Below, piece by piece: positions 25,198 through 37,100 of a stretch of 64,000 bases of DNA. The stretch is from the IMG/VR virus record IMGVR_UViG_3300046522_000512, positions 1 to 64,000 of that record. One strand, 5' to 3'. Made by a program: the position numbers and the translations under genes. Numbering within the stretch: the stretch's first letter is position 1; the number at the start of each line of letters is the position of its first letter. This DNA comes from a virus. The notes under the pieces were generated by a model, which worked only from the letters and a program-made list of their open reading frames with translations, had not been told where the DNA came from and searched no databases.

Positions 25198-28100
25198 TCA
25201 CCGAGTGGCGAGCAGTCCCAGAAGGAACGCCCGCAGGTCGTCATCCCTGTACCAGTCGCCCGAGAACATCGTCGCGAGCCCGCGAGCCACGATCTGGTCA
25301 TCGGTGACGTCCTCCGCCCGGCCGCCGAACAGCCGCTCCAGCAGCGCATCCAGCGTGCTGCGCCGGGCCCCGGGCCGTCCGGTGTGGGTCCGGGTGAACC
25401 CGAACACCTCCTGCGCGGCCAGCAGATCCGGGTAAGAGCGCTGAAGGTGAGCCACCAGAGCGTTCACCGCAGTGCCGCGGCCGCCGTCGCCGAGGTCAGC
25501 GACCGTGGCCGTACCGGAGTCGGCGTCGTACGAGCCCGCGTCACCATCGACCGCGGTCACGAACCGTGCCGTGCGGTCCGCGAGCCACTCCCGCGGCACG
25601 TAGCCCGCAGCATCGGCCAGCGCTCGCGCCGCCGCCGGGTCGCTGCTGTGGCTCAGCGTCAGCCGGTTCCTGCCACCGGGGCCCATCTCTCGGACCTGCG
25701 CGAGGGTGTCACGCACCGCGCCGGGCAGCGCGGCCGTGTACGCCTGGTGCAGCCGGTCGGCTTCCTGCCGGGCGTGCTGCGCTTCCACCTGCGCCGCGGC
25801 GATCTCCGGACCGAGGTCCGGGGCGCCCTGGCCGGCCGCCACCGCCCGCAGGTTCCGAACACGGGCCTCCGCCCGGTCCTGGTAGCGGCGGGCGTGCCGC
25901 ACCGTGCCGTGCGGGTCGTCGCCGAGCTCCGGCGCGGCCGCCATCAGCCGTGCCACGACATCGGCGTCCACGTCCGTACCGGCCGCGCGCACCGCGGCGA
26001 GATGCCGCAGGGCGTGCCGCCCGGGTCCGCGGTCCGCAGCCCGGTCCATCGTCCAGCCCGTGCCGTCCTGCACGCCGGGGAGCTGACCCGCGGCGAGCGA
26101 GGAGCGGGTGGCCAGCCGGTACCAGCGACGGCGCCGGGAGACCTGACCGAAGTGGCCCGGGGCGGGCAGCAGCCGCGCCCAGTGCGCCACCTGGTCGGCC
26201 AGCGACATGCCGTCCCCGTGCCGCGGCAGGGAGCGGGCAGCGGCCGCGATACGGCGCAGGCGCCGAGTCTCCGGCCACGATCGCACCCGCCGCACCAGAC
26301 CCTTGCGGAACCGGTTGATGGCCTTGAACGGGTACGCCACCGCGGCGGCGAGACCCTTGAGGAACGCGGCCACCAGCTCCACGACCCGGCGGGCGATCTG
26401 CACGAGCGCCGCCGTGATGCGGGCGAGCATTCCCGGCCGCTCGCCTTCCGGCAGCTGGGCCGCAATGCGCTGCGCTGCACCGTCACGGCTGTCAGCCATG
26501 CGCTGCGCGAGCCGGGCGACGATCGCCGCGCGCCGCTCCGGAGTCAGCAGCCCCGTATCGGCATCCCGGAGCGCCTCGCCCACCGCACCATCGACGTGGC
26601 CCTGCACCTCGTCGTCGACTGGGGAACCCGCACCCGCGTCGGGCTCGGGAGTGGCCTCACCATCGGCGCTGCCGTCCCCGTCGCCCACACCGGTGTCGAG
26701 GTCGGGCTCATCCGACTCCGACCGGTTGCGCAGCGACTCCGGGATCAGCCGCAGCAGGTCCGCAGCACGCGCCGCGGTGTCCTCGGGCGACTCCCCGTCC
26801 AGCGGCTCCAGGTCGTCGAGCGTCTGCACCGCAGCCTGCACCGCGTCGATCCGCGAGCGCATCGCCATCCGCCGCAGCTCGGCGAGCAGCCGCTCCCGCT
26901 CGTCGCCGGTGATACCCGACCCGTCGACCACCGCCTGCGCGTCCCTTTGCACGCGCCGCATCGCCGACCGGAGCGCGCCCGCCGTGACCTTCGCGGCGAT
27001 CTGCTCCCGGAGCTGGTGAATGCTGCCCGGGGTCTGAGTCCCTTCCACCGCGGCGTCGACCACGGCCCGCGCGACCAAGTCGCCGTAATCGGCCGTGAAC
27101 GCCGCCGTGTCCAGGCCCGCGTTCGGGTCCCGAGCTTCGGCGTCATCGTCGGCCGGAACCTGCGGCTCGGGCAGTTGGTACAGCGGGTCACCGGCGGCCA
27201 TGGTCCGCTCGGAACGCTGCCCGTTCCCGTCTTCCACCGTCAGGACCCGCAAGCCGCCCGGGGCGTCCTGGACGTCCGTGACGCGGTACGAGGCCATCTC
27301 GTCGGGGTTCGTCTCGTCCGGCAGGGCGATGGTGTCACCGACACCGACCGAGCCGACCGTGCCCGGCTCCGGCCGCCCCGCCGGCGCGCTGTCCGCATCC
27401 GGGTTCGGGGCGTCGGCCTCGCCGGTCAGGCGGCGCTGGTTCGCGGCGAACCAGGCAGCCGCGGGCCGTTCCCGGTCCATGACGCTCACCGACTCGGCAA
27501 GGGATCCGCCGAGGATCTGGAACGTCCTGGTGGTGGACGGCCTACCGGCCAGGCCTTCGAGCTCGACCGTGACCTGCTTGTCGCCGACGCTGACGGACTG
27601 CACCTTGCGGGTGAACCAGTCGCTGCCGTTGGCGCCGGTGCCGAACACCAGGTGATCGCCCGGCTTCAGCTCGGTCGCCTTCACGATGCGGCGGTCTGCC
27701 TGATCGGCGACCCCACCGCCTTCAAGGGCGCTGTCGTAGGGCAGGGGCCGGAACGGGGCGCGGGCGCCCACGCTGTCACTGATGAACCGGCCGTCAGCGT
27801 TGGCCAGGAGGAGATTGACTGTCTTCCCGTCCTCGCTTCGGATCCCTTCCACGACCAGCAGACGGGAGGGCTCCCCGTTGACCGGCGCCACGATCACATC
27901 ACCGGTACTCAGGTAGCGCGCTTCGGTGGTCATACCGCCGTCGTCGTTGCTCGTCCCGGTCTGCCCGGCCGCCTGGTCGAGGCGGTCAGCGGCCCGCTTG
28001 GCTGCGCGGCCCTCCGCCGTCGATGGGTCGGCGTTCTGGCGAAGGCCTTCAGCTATCGCGGCCGCCTGCTCGGGGGTGACGGGCAGGTCCCGGGCGATCC

Positions 28101-31100
28101 GGGCCGCGCCCTGCTGCGCCTCGGGGGCGTCGCCGGGGGCGGTGCCCCGGTCGGCGACCGCGTCGCGCTCTTCCGGTGCAAGCTCCGGGTCCACGGTCGG
28201 CCCGGTCACGGGCTCCACCGTCGGGGCCGGCTCGCGGCTCGTGATCGGCTCCTTGCGCCGCTGGGCGGCCGGTGTGCCGTCCTGCCCGTTGTTGTCGGTG
28301 TCGCCGATGACGCGCAGGTCCGTGACGGGCATGGGCTTCATGCCCTCCGTGGTGGCGACGGTCGCGGTGTCGCCGTCCAGTTCCTCCACGGTGCCGAGCA
28401 TGTTGCCGTCCCGGTCGCTGACCCAGTTGCCGACGTTCACGCGGTGCCCGTCCGTCGTCCAGCCGGACGGGCGCGCCGCGCCGCCGTCGATGACGTTGAG
28501 GGTGCTCGGCTCGTGCGCGTCGTCGGTGCGGTCGTCGCCGAACTGCACCCGCACACCGGCGGAGTTCGCCCCGACCACGACGCCTTCGCGGCCGTCGTCG
28601 TCGGTCACGACCGACCCGGGGAACAGGCCGTTGCCGCCGCCGTCGGTCGCCACCCGGTCGGCAACCCGGCCGGTGAGGACATCGGAGTCCGCGCCGGTCT
28701 GCACCGTGGTGGCTTCGTCGCCGATCTCGCGAGTGGCGCGGGCCGCCGTGGCGTCCGGCTTGACCCACACCGACTCGCGCTTGGTCGAGCCGTCCGGGGT
28801 CTCGGCGATCAGCACGCGGACCATGTCCTGAACGCGCCGGGCCCGGACCGTCGGAACCTCCGTGGGCCCGTCCATGACGTACCCGGCCAGGGTCCGCGCG
28901 GTGCCGCCCTTGGTGATGCCGTCGATCCGCACCACGTCACCCTGGCGGATGTCGGAGACCTTGACCCACTCGGCGGGCCGCCCGTGCACAGGCTCGGGCA
29001 CGGCCGGGCGCTCCGGCTCCGCTTTGTCCGCAGACGGCTTCGGGGTCTCCTCGGCCGGGGCGGGCCGCTCCTTGGCCGGCGCCGGGGTCTTCGCCGCCGG
29101 GGCGGGTCGGTCCTCGGCCGGAGCCGGGGCCGGGGTCTCCTTGGCCGGAGCCGGGGCCGGGGTCTCCTTGGCCGGAGCCGGGGCCGGGGTCTCCTTGGCC
29201 GGGGCGGGCCGTTCCTCGGCCGGGACCGGGGCCGGGGCCGGAGCCGGGGTGTTGGGGGCGGCCGCTGGGCGCTCCTCCGCCGGGGCCGGGGTGTTGTCGC
29301 CGGAGGACGTGGCCCGCTGGGGGGCGACCTCGGGGGCCTCGCCGACCTGACGGCCGTACCTGTACTCCTCCACCGGCAGGTTGACGTCGTCCGCGGACAT
29401 CAGGCGCTGCGCGTTGTCCCCGACGGGGATGACGAACGTGTCCCCGGCCAGCTGGTGGGCGCCCACCACACTGGAGGCGACGTGGATGCGCACAGCCTTC
29501 TGCCGCTTCTTGTTGATGGTGATCGAGGCCGGACGGGGCTCACCCACCACGTAGCCGGTCCTGCGGGTAGTCGCTCCCGGGTAGCGGTTGGTGATCCGGC
29601 CGTCGAGGTCCACGATGTCGCCCGCTCGGAGGTCGGTGACGGGGACGCTCTCCGCCCTGTCCTTGCCGCCCTCGTCCACAAGGTCGTCAAGGAACTGCTT
29701 GGAGGCCCGAGCCTTGCTGATCTCGTGGTGCATGGCTCGCGGGTCCTCGGGTCGCAGCACGTCCAGGTAGTCACGGATCTCGTCGGCCAGCCAGCCGGGG
29801 CCGAGGATGTGCTTGTGCTTCAAATCGGCAGGCTGGTACTTGTAGTGAGTGGCGTCGAGCCACCGCAGCTCGTCGTGCAGGTGGTCCAGGTCGTCCGCCA
29901 CGTTCCCGCTGATCGTCTCGCCACGGCCGAGGGCGTCGGCCAGCGCGCGAATCTTCCGGTAGCGCTCCATGTCCGCCGGGTTGTCGTTCAGCGACTCCAG
30001 GCCGCGCAGCCCCTCCTCCTCGGGCGGGAACCCGAGGCTGAGGTTCGAACCCCTGAAGTCCCAAGCGATGTCGGGGTGGACGATGCTCAGGTCGGGCTCG
30101 CCCTGTTCCATGTCCCGCAGTACGAGATGGGCGATGGCCGCATCCCGGGTGGAGAAAGTGCCGTTGTGGTAATGGTTGCCGAGGGGCATCTCGCCCTCCC
30201 ACCGCTCCTCGGGCGGTGTCATGTAGAAGCCGGTGGTGTGCGGTGCGCGCACGCTGCCGATCAGCCGGCCGTTGCGCCAGACCTCTTCGCGGCCATGGTC
30301 CGAAACGAGCTTCGGGGAGGGCGTGAACCCCTGCGCAGCGAGTTCCTGTATGCGCTCGGGTGATCCGAACAGGGCGCGCTCACCCTCTTCGCTGATGATG
30401 CCGTTCTCGCCGGTCTGGTACTGCCTCAGCTCGTCGTGCGTCGGGATGCGCCGACCGTCCACGGTGCCCGCACGGCGGCCCTCTCCATGTGCGGCGTTGA
30501 TGCCGTACTGGGACGTGGGCGCCGGGGCATCACCCGTGGGGGCCGCGCCCTGACCGTCGCCCGCGCCTGGCGCGTCGGAGCCGCCCGCGGAAGGCGCGTT
30601 CGAGGATGAGGCGCCGTCTTGGCCGCCGACCGGCGTCGCACCGCCCTCGCGCGGCACGTCCGCCCCGCCGGCCGCAGGGGCGTCGGTGTCAGGGAGGCGT
30701 GCGACCTTGTCGTCCGCGAGGATCGTCACGCCGTTGCGGACGTTCGGCTTGGCGTCGGGGTTGTCGCTCAGGTGCAGGCGCCAGGCCTTCAGGCGCTCCC
30801 CGTCGCGGGTCGCGGTGACACTGCGGGCCGGGGCGAGGAGGAAGCCCTCCCGGGTCACCTTGCTTCCGGCGGTGTTCTGCGTCTCGACGCGCACTCGGTC
30901 ACCGCGCTGCGGCTCGTTTGGGTTGACGATCTCGGCGCGCGGCTCGTCGCTGATGTCCGGGACGGACGGCGTCCGCTCCGGCCGCTGCGGCGTGCTCTCC
31001 GCCGGCTCGGGGACGTCGGTCCGGTACTGCACATCAGCGCCCTCGGGGATGGCCACGATGTCGCTCGGGTGGAAGCGCCGAGCCTGGTTCTTGACCTTCC

Positions 31101-34100
31101 AGTAGCCGTCTCCCTGCCAGTCGTTGGAGCGCTCCACCACGACGTTCATGTGCTGAGTGCGCTTGCCGTCCTGGCGGGCGACGATCCGGAAGCGGTCCCC
31201 GATGCGGGGCTGGATCCGGGAGCCGTCAACGGCCTGCCAGCCCTCCGGCACGGGCACACGGGACGCGCTGGCCCGCTCCTCCCAGGTTTCCATCCGGCGC
31301 TTCAGGTCGGAAGTGTCCTCGCGCCCCGGGTTGCCCTCCGGGAGCCGCTCCGCCAGCTCGCCGTCGTAGAGCGCCGCCGACTCCCTCTGCACTGCGTCGC
31401 CGCCCTTGAGCGGATCCCGCGACTCGACCTCAATACGAACGCCGCCGTTGAACTGCCTGGTGTGAAGCACACGGCCCACCAAGTGCTTCGGCTCGTTGTA
31501 CATCTGGTCTGCCCCAACGATGTGCACCCAGTCCCCGACCTGGATCTCGGACGCGGGAACCATGTCGCCGTCGTAGCGCTGCCGCAGCGCCGCGAACTCG
31601 TCGGGCAGCCCCGCGGCAGGGTTGGCGTTGTCGGCCTGGCCGGTACCGGCGGGCGTGCGACCGGAGCCGTCACCGCGGCCGCGGCCGCTGCCCGTGCTGG
31701 GAGTGCTGCTGTCGGGGAAGTTGGGCAGGCCCATGCCGAGGCCGCCCGGGAGGCCGCCACCGCCGCCGTTGGGGGCGCCGTTGCCGAGCTGGTTGCGGCG
31801 ACGCCGGCGCCTGTCCCGGTCGTCATTGTTCTCGGACTCGTCGGGCTTCGGCTCGCCGTCCCCGGACTCATCGGGCTTCGGCTCGTCGGTGCCCGGCTCG
31901 TTCGTCTGGGACTCGCCGGTCTCGGGCGCGTTCGTGCCTGACGCGCCGGTCTCGGGCGCGTTCGTGTCGCGGGAGAGCCGCTCGGCCCACTCATCGCTCT
32001 CGCCGTCGGCGACATAGATGTGGTCACCTGCGTGCCCGTGTGTCGAGAGGAGCAGCCGCCAGCCGTCGACCTGGCTGCCGCCGCGCCACATCTGCGCCCG
32101 CTCCGGCGGCTCCAACAGGTCGCCCTCGGCCACGTATATGCCGCCGATGAACTCGTTCGACCCGCGGACCCGCAGACGTTCGCCTTCCTGCAGCGAAGCG
32201 ACATCAGCGGCCTCGCCGTCCGGGCGCCGGGAGATGGCTTGGGCGGCTTCCCACTTACGGGCGTCGTCCTCGTTTTCCTTCTTCACCCACTTGTCGCGGA
32301 GCTTGGCGTTCGCCTTCTTGCGCAGAGCAGGTTCGGGCGCGGTCAGGTGAACGACCCAGTCGCCCGGGTGCTCGGTGTGGCTGCCCGTGGAGAGGCTGGT
32401 CGTGCGCGGCCTGCCCTCCTTGCCGTCGGCGTGCAGGTTGACGACGACATGGGCGGCGTCCAGACCGTCGAACCTGTTGTCCTTCGCGTAATAGCCTCTC
32501 GCCGGGCGGTAGAGGTCGCCGGGCTTGAGGTTCTGCAGACGCGTCCAGCGCATGCCGTCGGGGAGTTCGGCCTCTCCGACGATGAACTGACCGTCACCGG
32601 TTCTGGGATCGGCGACAGGAAGGTACTCGCCGCCGAGGGCGCTACGCCTGTTGTTGTAGTGGTGGTACCCGGAGAACGACTGATCGTCGTTCTGCCCGCG
32701 CCAGGCGTGGAAACCCGCGTAGTACGCCTTGACGTCGTCACTCGCCGAACTGAGGGATCGCCCCACTTCGGGGAAAGCTCCAGTGAGCCCGTTCGCTCTC
32801 TGCTCGGGGTCGTCGCCACCCGCAACGCCAACGAGGAAGTCCTTGACCTGCTGCTCTGTGAGCCCGTGCCGGTCGGCATCCGCCACAGCGGCAGCAATCT
32901 GGTCCAGCACAACCTGCCGGCTCCGCTCGCTGTCTCCGGCCCACAGGGCACCCAGCTTCTCGGCGGCATCCTTCATTCCGGATCGCGTAGCGATGCGCGG
33001 GATCATGATCTCCCGGCTTGCGGCACGGAACTCTCCGGCAAGCCGCTGTGTGGCCTCTCGCATGGAGGCTGCATGACCGGCGAGGAAATCCCTCTGGTCG
33101 CCGTCGTACTGCGCGAGCAGATGACGCGTGTTCTCGTCGAACTGGTCCAACGGGAAGGCGTCACCCGCGTCACCGATCCACCGGGGAGCCGCCTTCGGGC
33201 TGAGTGGCCTGGAGGCGGGGCCGGGCATGTTCTTGACCCGGTCCAGAAGCGCATTCCGCGGACCGTCCGGGGCCGGGTTCGCCCACACGCCGGCCCACTT
33301 GCGGTACTCGTCGACCTCCTTCTGGTCGGGCCGGGTGTATTCGCTCAGGTCGAGCCCGGGAACGTCCGGGATCTCCAGTTCGGGCACCGGGCCGGGAGGA
33401 GACATCCGCTCGACCTCATGACCGGCAGGGACTTCGATCACGTCGTCCCACGCATGCACGGCATGCGGCGTGTCCGCGATGTGCACCTGCCACGACATGA
33501 CCGGGTCGTCGCGGCGGGGGCCGTCTCGCCTCGCCGCCGCGCTGACGACGTATCCCTCGCGGGTGACCTCGTTGCCGTCCGCGTCCGGCACCGTGGCGCG
33601 GATGTACTGGCCGGGCTTGACCGAGTCGATGTCGACGGGGCCGAGCGCCGGGGCTTCGGGAGCGGGCAGTCGCTGGATCTTCTGGTCGGCGGGGATGTCA
33701 ACCTGGTTGCCGCGGCCGGGCGACTGGTTCGGCCCGTTCCCGATGTACAGGATCCACGCGTCGAAGTCCCCGTGCCGGGGGCGGTGACCCTTGCCCTTGC
33801 GGGGGTTGGCCAGGAGGTAGCCCTCGTGGACTCTGGTCCTGTCCAGGGTGTCCGACACTTCCACGCGGACGTAGTCGTTGATGCGGGCCTGGTCCGCGTC
33901 GATGGTCTCCCCATCGGCCTCCGGCTCGGGACTGGCCTTGCCCGGGTCGCCGTCGGCGGCCGGGCTGCTGTCGCTGCCGTTGAGGTCGGCCAGCTCTGTG
34001 CGGACCTGCGCCGCGTCGAGCTTGACCGGGGCGTCGGTCTTCGACGTCTCCCGGTGCCCGTACGGGACCCAGTCCGGGGCGTCCACGTCGCGCGGGACGT

Positions 34101-37100
34101 CCGGCTCGCCCGGAGGGGGCATGGTCTGCCAACTGTGCCAAGCGCGTGACGCCTGTGCACGGATCTTGTCCGCAAGCCTCTGGAGAACTGCCTGCCGACG
34201 GCGGCCCTCGGGGGTCGACGCGTCCACGCTGTCCGCGGTGGCAGTGGCCTCCTCCGCGAGCCGGTTCATCTGCCGGTAGTTGAGGCCGCCCTGCCCCCAA
34301 TGCTTCGCAGCCTCACTCAGTTCATGGTCAGAGGACTTCGCCCACTCCTTGGCGAGCTTGAAGAACTCCTCACGCTGAGCGTCGCTCAGCTCGCTGTACT
34401 GGACTGTGTCCCTGCCCTCTTCGGGCCGCAGGTGCCGCCAGGCCGTGTCCTTCAGCGCCACTCGCATTCCGTTGTCGCGGCGGTTGCTGTCGACGGCCTG
34501 AGCGGCTTCGCGCGGCCCGTACAGCGGGTCGGAGGCCGACTGCGCCGTCCCGCCGCCGGTCTGGCCACCGCGGGCGTCCTGGCCATGCCACACAGTGCCG
34601 CGGCGGCGGATCCAGCCGACGACGTTGCCGTCCTCGTCGAGAACCTGCCCGTGACCTTCCTCCAAGTCCAGATTGGCCAGACGCGCGCCGTAGAAGAGCC
34701 CCAGGCCCTCGGGGGTCTGCGCCGACTCCAGATCCTGCTGCCGCTTCTCCCCGCGGGCTGCTTCCTGCGCTGTGGGCGCGTTGTGCTCGGCCGTGCGTGC
34801 CTCGCCGGGCATGGACAACTGCCGCGGCTCGTACGTCCGCGGAGCGCCGCCGCCGTCGAGGACAACGACCTTCCCGTCCTCGGCGAGGATGACGCGGCCC
34901 TCACCGTTCGGGGTGACGGCCGTGTCGCCGTTGTGCCACTCGCGGGCGGTAGAGCCCTCCTGGGCCTGTCGGTTCGGCCCGGCGGGCAGCTCAGTCGGGA
35001 GGGTCAGGCCCTGGAGCTTGGCGGATTCCTTCACATCGCGGCGGTGCAGTGCTTCCTCGGCGAGCTGCCGCGACTCCTCGGTCTCGTCCAGAACGACGAG
35101 CTGCCGGGGATCAAGGCCGAGGCCGCCTCCGCCTTGAGTGGCGAGCTGGGCGGTGTAGAGGGTCGTGCGGCCGTCTTCGTCCACCGTCTTGGCCATGACG
35201 AACCGCGAGCCCCACAGCTTGTCGCTCGACGAGCCCTCCCGGATCACATGGCCGGGCTGGATCTCGTTCGGCGGGACCGCCCGGAACCCATCGGGGAGGG
35301 TGTCTGCCCACGCCGGTCTCGGGAGGGCAGAACCGTCGTCCTTACGCACCGCGATGAAGTGGTCGGCGTACCAGTTTGGGTCCGCCCGGAACTCGTGGCC
35401 GGCGTCGTCGCGCAGGATTGGATTGCCGCGGGTGTTCACGACCCGGGCGGTGACGGTCTCGCCGTCGTCGTTGCGGTAGTCGACGTAGTAGCCGACCTGA
35501 TAGCGGATGTCGAAGCGTCGCCGGTACGCCTCCTTGTCGGCCGCAGTGGCATCCGGGCCGGGCGGAACCTGGTCTCCCGTGATGATGCCAGTGGCAGGGT
35601 CGGGCGCAGCCGGGCTGCCGGTGTTCGCCTCCTTGCGGGGCTCGGTCGTCTCCGGGCTCGGCTGGTCGTTCTTCAGTGCGGCGAGTTCGTCACGGACCTT
35701 TCCGGCGTCGAGCTTTGCCGGGGCGCCGCCGCTGGCCTCCGGGTAGCGGCCCTCAGCCACGGCCTGGTTCAGCTCGTCCTCGGACGCGACCGGCAGTTGC
35801 GGCCGGTCCTGCCCGTTCCGGCGCTGGACCTGCGCGGTGCCGATGTACTGCTCGCGCTGCTGCCCGTCCACGTCGTAGCGGGCGATGAGCCCGGGGCCGT
35901 CGAGGCGGGCGACCTCCCCGACCTGCGGGGTGCCGTCTTCCTCCTGGAAGTTGATGCGGTCGCCCGGCTTGAAGTCGTCGAGGACCCAGTCCCGCCGGTA
36001 CTCGCCGGTCGGCGGCTGCGTCGGGTCGCCGTCGTTGACAGCCTCGAACACCCAGCCCAGGGAACCGGCGTCGAGGACGTCGGTCGCCCGGGTCACCGCC
36101 ACGTAGGCGACGCGCAGGTCTTCGTCTTCGGGGACGGTGTCCCACTTGATGTGGCCGTTGTCGTCGTACTCGGGGCCGCGGAAGTCGTCCGCGATCCGCA
36201 CCTTCTCGGACTCCAGGCCCTTGGACTTGTGGGCCGTCGTCACGAGCAGATCGTGCGGCTTCTTCTCGTCGACCAGGCGGCCGCCGCCGGTGTCCTCCTG
36301 CGGGTAGAGCTTCGCCAGATGGGCGTCGATCTTCGCCTTCGCGTCTTCCAGCGACAGCTTGTTGTCGACCTGGTAGTTGATCGTCCTTCCGTTCTTGGTG
36401 AAGGACTCGGTGCGCTTGCCGGGCTCGTAGTAGTAGCGGCGGGACTCGCGGTCGTACAGCAGCTTGCCGACGCCGTTGGTCTTGGCGTCACCGAGCCACC
36501 GCTTGAGCTGGTCGACCTTCGGGTCGTTCCAGTCGAGCGTGACCCACACGCGGCCGCCGACGTTCTCCGTGTCCGCGGCCTGCGCCCCGGACTCCATCAG
36601 CTTGTCGATCTCGTCGGGGTGTTTGTCCAGCAGCGCGAACAGGCTCTTCAGTTGCTGGAGCTCCGGGTCGGAGTTGACCTCGTCGAGGATGTCCTCGTAC
36701 GACTTGCCGTTGAAGCGGGCGAGCTCGGCGTGGCTGGTGCGCTCCCCGTTGGCGAGCGCACGGGCGGCCGTCACGAACTCCTGCAAGTCCTTCACGCCGC
36801 CGGACACGGCGATCGTGCGGCCGGCGGCGAGCGCCTCCACCGCGGCGAGCGCGACACCGGCGTTCGTGCGGGCGATGACCATCGTCTCGTCGCCCGGCTT
36901 GATGTTGCCCAGGCGCGAGTCCTTGCGGTCGAAGCCCTTCAGCCGCATCCGCGTGCCCAGCAGGCGCAGGAACCTGTTGCCGACGTTCGCGACGGCCGGG
37001 CCGAACCGGAACGACTGGGTGAGCGTGGCGCGGGCGTCGACCGGGAGCTTGCTGAGCGCGTCGGAGGCGCCGCGGAAGCCGTATATGGCCTGGTTGGAGT

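Noticed and set aside
27250-31560. Intein/Hint domains suggested by A.EL..GD motifs in the giant protein
   Set aside because: No N-terminal C/S block or C-terminal HN motif seen. More consistent with SH3/KOW-like barrels.
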